Positions 9,516-16,011 of a stretch of DNA of 16,011 nucleotides are shown one piece after another. The position numbers and the translations under genes were made by a program. The notes beneath the pieces were generated by a model. The model worked only from the letters and a program-made list of their open reading frames with translations, searched no databases and was not told where the DNA came from. Each line of letters begins with the position of its first letter. The first letter of the stretch is position 1. Source of the stretch: Octopus sinensis (Eukaryota); assembly GCF_006345805.1 (NCBI RefSeq), contig NW_021825244.1, forward strand, positions 1 through 16,011. The letters run 5' to 3'.

Positions 9516-9590
9516 TAACTTTTTTTAGGTTGCAGCCAAAACTAAACTCCATCCCAGATTTGAGCAACCTTTTACAAGAAGCAGGGTGCA

Positions 9591-9794
9591 TTAAACCTTC
9601 AGCATTCAGTTTACTCGTTAAATTTAATACTCATTTATTCACATTGTTTTGAATTACTCATGCATTACCTTGTAGCTTTGAGATTTCAATGATGATTGCA
9701 TACTTTTAGAATGACATTGTAGGGCAGGTGTAGGAAACCATATCTTGACAGTTTGGACACAAAACAGATAGAATATTTGGGCTGGATATGGCTG
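9591..9794. mobile_element. piggyBac-like MITE, copy 1 (right end eroded)
   Basis: Starts TTAAACCTTCAGCATTC; colinear with 10058-10220 plus 10497-10545 (shared GAGATTTCAATGATG, TTTTAGAATGACATTGTAGGG, TAGAATATTT). Confidence 0.75.
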
Positions 9795-10057
9795 AAATAA
9801 TGGTAGCAAACAAATCCCATAGCATCATGCTAATTGAATTCTTCTACAAATCCATGTTAAAAGCAGATGGAATTTTGTCATTGTGCTATAAAGCCCAATT
9901 TCTGTAGAACATGGAAGGAGACAAAAGCACTCTCATAGGAAGTTGAACCAAATAAAACAACTGGATGTTTTTACCTCTCACTTCTGTCTGTGAGCCCAAA
10001 AATTTTTTGACGCCAAACCCCAAGACCACTTCTCATTTTATGATACAAACTTCCTGT

Positions 10058-10560
10058 TTAACCCTTAAACATACAAATTATTCTGTCAAATGTAATACTT
10101 ATTAATTCCCATTTGTTTTAAATCACTTGTGCATTATGTTATAGCGTTGAGATTTCAATGATGTGATTGTATATTTTTAGAATGACATTGTAGGGTAGGT
10201 GTGAGAAGCCAGATTTTGACTGCCATGTAAAAAGCATCCAGTCCACACCATAAAGTGGTTGGTGTTTGGAAGGGCATCCAGCTGTAAAAACCATGCCAAA
10301 ACTGACCTCGCCTGTGCTTGTGCCATGTAAAAAGCACCCAGTTCACTCTGCTGGGTGGTTGGTGTTAGGAAGGGCATCCAGCCATAAAAACCATGCCAAA
10401 ACAGACACAAAAGTCTGGTGCAGGCTCCTGCCTGGCCAGCTCTTGACAAACTGTCCACCCCATGCCAGAATGGAAGGCAGACATTAAACGATGATGGTCA
10501 GACATAAAACAGGTAGAATATTTCAGCCGGATATGACCGGTTTAGATGCTAAGGGGATAA
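10058..10560. mobile_element. piggyBac-like MITE, copy 2, interrupted by a family B element
   Basis: Left end TTAA-CCCTTAAACAT and right end ATGCTAAGGGG-ATAA form degenerate terminal inverted repeats with TTAA-like flanks; homologous to 9591-9794. Confidence 0.78.
10221..10496 (+). mobile_element. Family B element with two 100-bp core units
   Basis: TGCCATGTAAAAAGCA begins units at 10221 and 10321; ends CCATGCCAGAATGGAAGGCAGACATTAAACGATGATG. Confidence 0.9.
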
Positions 10561-10583
10561 ACATGGCTCATCATCAAGCAGGG

Positions 10584-10840
10584 TGCACTGCTAAAAAAAA
10601 TTAAAGGTAATTTTTGGAAAAATAGGGATGCCATTCAATAAGTCCGACACAGGCCACAGTTTGCCCTTCACTGTTCTGCCTCACATCATCATTATCCTTC
10701 GTTTGTATTAAAAATACCTGCCGTTTAATCAGTGAGTGCGACACTCTGAAGACTCAGCAGTGTGCTCAATTCTTCAAGTCTTCCAGGTGTTCAATGCTAA
10801 TAAAGAATGGAGAGAAATTATGTTATGTCTGCCAAAGTTC
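10584..10840 (+). mobile_element. Probable Tc1/mariner relic: left TIR and frameshifted transposase N-terminus
   Basis: (TG)CACTGCTAAAAAAAATTAAAGG resembles Tc1-type termini of the form TA-CACTGCTCAAAAAAATAAAGG (from memory). 10736-10800 reads MRH...QQCAQ/ILQVFQ...SM across frameshifts, like a Tc1 paired-like HTH start. Confidence 0.45.
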
Positions 10841-11012
10841 TTTGTAGTCAATGCAATGCAAGCCATAAAACATCAACTGTTTTTCCGTTTGTTTATATTT
10901 GTTGTCTTACAGGCATAAACATTAATTTATATTTCAAACCATTTATACATTGTTTGCTACAAATTTATACATTGTAAGCTACACAGACACACACACACAC
11001 ATACATACTACA

Positions 11013-11025
11013 TATCATCATAATC

Positions 11026-11057
<32 letters not shown>

Positions 11058-11300
11058 GATCTTCATCACTGTCATTGTGTTAATGTCCACTTTTCCATGC
11101 TTGCATGGGTAGGACAGGGTTTACTGAGGCAAATTTTCTATGGCCAGGTCCCCTTCCTTTCGCCAAACTTCACTTGTATCCAGACAACATAATATTTTCT
11201 CGTGACCAGACATGTTTCGGAAGACTGGAAACAAAGGAACCATTTGCATAATGGTGATGCTTATTTACGACTATCACACCATGCCATGACAAAGAGACAA
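11013..11300 (-). mobile_element. Retroposon 3' half (family H) with B-like core and RTE-type tail
   Basis: (CAT)n at 11013-11070. Minus strand reads GGCGAAAGGAAGGGGACCTGGCCATAGAAAA...CCCATGCAAGCATGGAAAAGTGGACATTAA; the upstream body differs from B and ends at a (TACA)n tract. Confidence 0.75.
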
Positions 11301-11341
11301 TAACACATACATGTACAGACATACATACATACATACATTCT

Positions 11342-11675
11342 GAGACCCCCTTCGGTCATGACTGACCATGGGATTGCACCTAGAAAGTTACCCTCCAAGG
11401 CACAAGTCCAGATAAGGTTGTTTATGGAAGACCAACAGTTGCCCATGCATACCGGCCTCCTCTCTCCACGCCACCAGTGTTATCCAAGGGAAAGTCAAAG
11501 GGCCCGATACAGCTTGGCACCTGTGAGTCGCAACTCATTTCTACAGCTGAGTGAACTAGAACAACATGAAATAAAGTGTCTTGTTCAAGAACACAATACG
11601 CAGCCCATTCCAGGATTTGAGCTCACAACCTCACGATCGTAAGCTCGATGCTCTAACCACTGAGCCATGCGCCTT
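11342..11675 (-). mobile_element. SINE family D, full length
   Basis: Reverse complement is colinear with 3168-3510; head GGCGCATGGCTCAGTGGTTAGAGC; flanked by TACATACATACA at 11326-11337 and 11676-11687. Confidence 0.92.
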
Positions 11676-11687
11676 TACATACATACA

Positions 11688-12007
11688 GTGTGTGGCTTAA
11701 TGGGTCATGTATTCGGTTCACGATTACAAGGACGAGAGTTCAATTCCCAGCACCACATTGTATATCCTTGAGCCAAGACACTCTATCCCGTGTTACTCCT
11801 CCAGTCCACTCAAATCTAGCAAAAACAATTAGTACCTGTAATTCAAAAGGGCCAAGCCTTGTCACATTATGTGTCATTCTGAATCTCCCTCAGAATCTAC
11901 ATTAAGATTATGCATGTCTGTGGAGTACTCAGCCACTTGCACATTTATTTCACCACAAATAGGTGGTTTCATTGATCAAATGAACCGGAACACTCATCAT
12001 CATAACC
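11688..12007 (+). mobile_element. tRNA-derived CORE-like SINE, family G (third type of 3' half)
   Basis: A-box-like TGGCTTAATGG and B-box GTTCAATTCC; CCTTGAGCCAAGACACT...CCAGTCCACTCA shared with D and F. The 3' boundary is approximate. Confidence 0.75.
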
Positions 12008-12013
12008 AGCCAG

Positions 12014-12118
12014 CCCCCTCCCTCCCCCTTCCTTCCTTCCTCTCTTTCTTCTTCCCTTTCTTCCTTCCTTCCTTTCTTTCTTCCTTCCTTTCTTCCTTCC
12101 TTTCTTTATTTCTTTCTT
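12014..12118. repeat. (CTTC/CTTT)n polypyrimidine microsatellite
   Basis: Directly visible. Confidence 0.93.
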
Positions 12119-12513
12119 ATGCCAGACATGGAAGCCCTGATTCACTGTCATGGTTACTGCCTTGTCTCTTCTGACTAAAATCATTAACAAAATAATTACC
12201 TTCAAAAGGAAAATATATTTAATTATGTTCCAAGAATTAAATGGAAGCAAAAAAAAAAAAAACATTTTTTTTTTTACTTTTTTAAAATTTTTTTTTTGCA
12301 AGAATTTAATTTGAGCCAAAACATTAAATCCATTTTAGCAGGAATAATTTTAACTGGAATTACCAATGTCGTAGCGTTGTGCAGAGAAATTAATGTAGAA
12401 TATTAATTAAGCAACATATTAAAGGAAGACAGATACTAAACGAAACTGTCCAAACACACGCAACACACACACACACACACACATGCACACACATATACGC
12501 ACATAAATATATA

Positions 12514-12676
12514 AGATGCATGTGTGGACATGTGGTAAAGAAATTTGTTTCTCAATCACATGGTTCTAGGTTCAGTACCACTGCATGGTACCTTGGACAA
12601 CTATCTTTTATAGCTTGGAGCTGACCAAAGCTTTGTGAATGGATTTAGTAGATGGAAACTGAAAAGCCCCTCATAT
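12514..12676 (+). mobile_element. SINE family C, 5' half only
   Basis: TGTGGTAAAG...CACATGGTTCTAGGTTCAGTACCACTGC...GACCAAAGC...GGAAACTGAAA; stops at the position of the internal microsatellite. Confidence 0.85.
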
Positions 12677-12689
12677 AGATATGCATGTA

Positions 12690-12691
12690 TA

Positions 12692-12755
<64 letters not shown>
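12690..12755. repeat. (TA)n microsatellite
   Basis: Directly visible. Confidence 0.97.
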
Positions 12756-12759
<4 letters not shown>

Positions 12760-12803
12760 CCTTAAAATCCTTTAAAATGTTTTAGCCCGAAGGCCGCGGC
12801 CAT
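12756..12803 (-). mobile_element. Short retroposon 3' terminus in (TA)n
   Basis: Minus strand ATGGCCGCGGCCTTCGGGCTAAAACA followed by TTTTAAAGGA/TTTTAAGGA repeats; same architecture as the family C tail. Confidence 0.6.
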
Positions 12804-12883
12804 ATTTATATATTATATATATCGTGTGTGTTGTGTGTGTGTATGTATGTGTGCGTGTGTGTGGTGTGTATATATATATAAAC

Positions 12884-13367
12884 AGGCACAGGAGTGGCTT
12901 TGTGGTAAGAAGTTAGCTTCCCAATCACATGGTTTCAGGTTCAGTCCCCCTGCATTGTACCTTGGGCAAGTGCCTTCTACTATAGCCTCAAGCCAACCAA
13001 AGCCTTCTGGGTGGATTTTGTAGATGGAAACTGAAAGAAGCCTGTCATATGTATATATATATATATATATATATACATACACACACATATATATATATGT
13101 GTGGGTGTGTGTATGTATATGTGTGTGTGTGTAATGAAGTATCTATGTGTGCATGTGTGTGTTTGTGTCTGTATTTGTCTCTTACCACCCTTGACAACCA
13201 GTGTTGGTGTGTTTATGTCCCCATAACTTAGCAGTTAGGCAAAAGAAACCAATAGAATAAGTACAAAGTTTTAAAAAAAGCAAAGTATTGGAGGCAATCC
13301 ATTCGACTTAAATTCTTTAAGGTGGTGCCCCAGCATGGCCGCAGTCTAATGACTGAAACAAGTAAAG
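12884..13367 (+). mobile_element. Full-length SINE family C
   Basis: Colinear with 7721-8149; CORE-like CCTTGGGCAAGTG; internal microsatellite at about 13047-13172; 3' hairpin CAGTCTAATGACTG. A detached tail remnant AAAAGAGTAAAAGAGTA lies at about 13428-13444. Confidence 0.92.
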
Positions 13368-13444
13368 GATACATTCGCACACACCTTTTCCGTGTATTTC
13401 TTGTGGAATATATATTTATATATTTATAAAAGAGTAAAAGAGTA

Positions 13445-13590
13445 TATGCATACATACATACATATGTAAATATATACATATATATGTGTGTATATATATT
13501 TATACATATATATATATATATGTAGATGTGTGTTGTATATATATATATAGGTGTGTGTGTATGTATGTATACATATATGTGTGTATGTAC
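13445..13590. repeat. (TA)/(TG)/(TACA) compound microsatellite
   Basis: Directly visible. Confidence 0.93.
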
Positions 13591-13715
13591 TACATGCACT
13601 CTGTGATCTTTCCTGGTAGTTCTGTTTCCATTTTTAGGGTGTAGACATCTTAACCTCCAGACATTCAATTTTCAGTTCCATACACAATAGAATAAATTAA
13701 GGCCTATATTTATTC

Positions 13716-13822
13716 TATAATATACAGATACATACATATATATATATATATATAACACACACACCACACACACACACACCACACATATATTATATATATA
13801 TATCTATATAGATATATATATA
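13716..13822. repeat. (TA)n/(CA)n microsatellite
   Basis: Directly visible. Confidence 0.93.
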
Positions 13823-14296
13823 AGGTTTATGAGATCCAGTTTTGTTTCCGAGACGTGGCCATTGTGCTTCACTTCCCTTCATCTTTGTCGTTAATACTCT
13901 GCAGAGACAATAACAGCAAGATGAACAACAACAACAACACGAATGTCATGCAATGTTATTTTCCTGTCCCCTATATTGGTGTGTCCTGCCCTTGTTACAC
14001 TGTTTGTTGTATGGCTTTCTGGAACAAGACTTTGGTTCGCTGTCAGATGACATTTCGAACAGGAATTGAGAAGGTTTCTAACTAAATATAGAACGCTTTG
14101 TGATAATTACATTCTCTTTCTCTCCTGTCTGTGTGTCTCTTGTCTCTCTCCTCCCATACACATGCACATGCTTGCTTGTATGTGAGTGTGTATATATATA
14201 TATATACACACAGACACACACACACTTATACATATACACAATGTTTTGAAAAGACACCCACATAAATGGTGTATCTGCTTTAGACTACCATGAGCT

Positions 14297-14298
14297 AC

Positions 14299-14331
<33 letters not shown>

Positions 14332-14350
14332 TGTACATATATATATATAT
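14297..14350. repeat. (TATG)n(TA)n microsatellite
   Basis: Directly visible. Confidence 0.95.
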
Positions 14351-14351
14351 C

Positions 14352-14538
14352 CAGATAAGAGAAGGAATGGAGCAACAATTAACAATTAGAAGTTGATAAT
14401 TGGTATTGAATGGTCATTGTTTAATTATAGTTAAAATAACATTTACAGCTGTTTCAGTTTGTTATTTTTGAGGTAAATTTGCATTTATCTCATTCCACGT
14501 AACAAACGTGGTCAGAATGATTTGAACTTTATCAGAGG
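14352..14538 (-). mobile_element. Possible Penelope-like terminal-repeat fragment with degenerate hammerhead-like motif
   Basis: Bounded by (TA)n on both sides; minus strand CTGATAA-AGTT...AACT-GAAA-CAGCTG-TA. Confidence 0.4.
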
Positions 14539-14558
14539 ATATATATATAATATATATA

Positions 14559-14975
14559 TCATCATCATCATCATCATCATCATCATTTAACGTCCGCTTC
14601 CATGCTAGCATGGGTTGGACGGTTCAACTGGATCTGGGGAGCCCGAAGGCTGCACCAGGCCAGTCAGATCTGGCAGTGTTTTCTACAGCTGGATGCCCTT
14701 CCTAACGCCAACCACTCCGAGAGTGTAGTGGGTGATTTTATGTGCCACCGACACAGTGTCAGACGAGGCTGGCGAAACGGCCACGCTCGGATGGTGTTTT
14801 TTTATGTGCCACCGACACAGGTGCCAGACGAAGCTGGCGAACGGCCACGCTCGGATGGTTTTTTATGTGCCACCACCGACACAGGTGCCAGACAGGCTAG
14901 CAGACGACCACACTCGGATGGTGTTTTTATGTGCCACCGACACAGGTGTTTTTATGTGCCACCGACACAGGTGCC
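14559..14975 (-). mobile_element. Family B element with a 5' tandem array of 61-64-bp units
   Basis: (CAT)n, TTTAACGTCCGCTTCCATGCTAGCATGG and CAGCTGGATGCCCTTCCTAACGCCAACC; TTTATGTGCCACC recurs at 14737, 14801, 14862, 14926 and 14951. CpG-rich, so probably young. Confidence 0.92.
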
Positions 14976-14994
14976 TATATATATATATATATAT

Positions 14995-15200
14995 AAATTT
15001 AATCCAAACAAGAAAACAAAAAAGACAACAACGCGAGGAGGTGGAACAATTAAAGTATTATTAGGCGCTCAGGAAAAAAGGGAAGAAGGAGGGTATGACG
15101 TTTCGAGCGGAGCTCTTCGTCGGAAACATAGGAGAAAGAAAGATCCCGAGGTGGGAGGACAGAGGAAAAAAATGCAAGTGGTCTTTACGAGGTCAACATA
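14995..15200 (-). mobile_element. Probable Penelope-like (pLTR-type) fragment embedded in (TA)n
   Basis: Contains a minimal hammerhead-like motif at 15093-15127; pyrimidine-rich on the minus strand; flanked by TA repeats. The class is inferred from the ribozyme-like motif only. Confidence 0.55.
15093..15127 (-). ncRNA. Minimal type I hammerhead ribozyme-like motif
   Basis: Minus strand GUUU-CCGACGA-A-GAGC-UCC-GCUC-GAAA-CG-UC^AUAC: core CUGANGA variant (U4C), 4-bp stem II, GAAA, palindromic ACGU in place of stem III, GUC cleavage triplet, and stem I GUUU/AUAC with one mismatch. Confidence 0.6.
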
Positions 15201-15368
15201 TGTCAACATATGTATATATAAAAATTTTAATATTTAAATAATGAGGGAGATAAATTAATATTAATTTAATTAACATCAATTTAAAACCAGTAGCCTAGCA
15301 TACAAAAATCTGAAAAATCAGAGAAAATTCTATACGTGTATATTCAAAGGGCAAGACCGCTCTATATA

Positions 15369-15400
<32 letters not shown>

Positions 15401-15495
15401 AGTGTAGGTGGCATACTTCAAGAAGAACTGAAACATGTAAATCTCTAAGAAAATTAAAAATTTATCTTATATAGTGGGCGTTTTTCAACTTCTTT

Positions 15496-15580
15496 TATAT
15501 ATATACACATACATACATACACACACATACATACATACACACACATACATACATACATGCACACATACATATATATATAT
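15496..15580. repeat. (TACA)n/(CA)n/(TA)n microsatellite
   Basis: Directly visible. Confidence 0.95.
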
Positions 15581-16011
15581 TACTGAGGGCTGTTTTAAAT
15601 CTAAAATTATGATACAAAAGAACAATCAAGCATTAAATTGAAGTTCAGAAACGAAGTTGCTTGGCAAGTGATTAAGTTTGAGGCCATATGAGGAAACTAT
15701 GATGACTACAGCATGGAAGGCACTTGCCAGCCATGCCAAAACACACAAAGACTGTTAAATTCACTTACACATTTATCATATTTTTTTTTAGTTCCAATTT
15801 TTTTATGGCACAAAAGAACCACTCAATACTTTTAAGTAGAGTACCGTGTTTATTTCTACTAGGAAGAAGTTGACAATGACTGACAGTAACTTCAAAGTTT
15901 TTGCTTACTTGCTGTCTTCAGCATTGTAAATATATTTATATATAGATAGGTAGATAGATATAGGTGCAGATATAGATATAAGGAAGAGGATCTGAAAATG
16001 GAGAGGTCTTT

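Noticed and set aside
9579-10587. 12-bp direct repeat AAGCAGGGTGCA at 9579-9590 and 10576-10587 bracketing both MITEs
   Set aside because: The right copy is 15 bp from the MITE end and overlaps the Tc1-like terminus, and piggyBac makes TTAA TSDs; probably coincidence.
11013-11070. Poly-His ORF (10950-11192)
   Set aside because: It is the (CAT)n tail of a minus-strand retroposon.
14757-14785. CAGACGA-GGCTGGC-GAAACGGC hammerhead look-alike on the plus strand
   Set aside because: No viable stem II, no NUH triplet, and GAAA is not kept in the sister units.
14737-14975. CRISPR-like array (20-bp repeat x5)
   Set aside because: The intervening sequences are homologous to each other, there are no cas genes, and the context is a eukaryotic retroelement.
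14602-15237. 211-aa ORF with repeated FMCHRH/FYVPPTQ motifs
   Set aside because: It spans a family B element antisense, a (TA)n tract and an unrelated element; the motifs are frame-shifted translations of the tandem unit.
15413-15442. TTCAAGAAG...GAAACATGTA possible third hammerhead relic
   Set aside because: It has a palindromic ACATGT after GAA, but the CUGANGA core is broken at two key positions and stem II is absent.

Overview
AT-rich, microsatellite-dense eukaryotic non-coding DNA (intron or intergenic). By my recollection of the repeat families it is cephalopod, probably Octopus; this is inference. No protein-coding gene, real tRNA/rRNA or CRISPR array can be supported, and nearly all ORFs in the track are microsatellite or SINE read-throughs. 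The window is a dense nest of mobile elements: (1) at least five tRNA-headed SINE types, labelled A, C, D, F and G here, that share and swap modules; (2) a headless family B with an RTE-type 3' end and (GAT)n tail, plus a related family H; (3) a 431-bp solo LTR with a GGGT target-site duplication (TSD); (4) two TTAA/CCCT piggyBac-like MITEs; (5) a probable Tc1 relic; (6) a 17-bp minisatellite with higher-order structure; (7) two putative Penelope-type fragments with minimal hammerhead-ribozyme-like motifs on the minus strand, the better one at 15093-15127. Several nested insertions have readable TSDs. Family letters are my own labels, and boundaries without a TSD are approximate.
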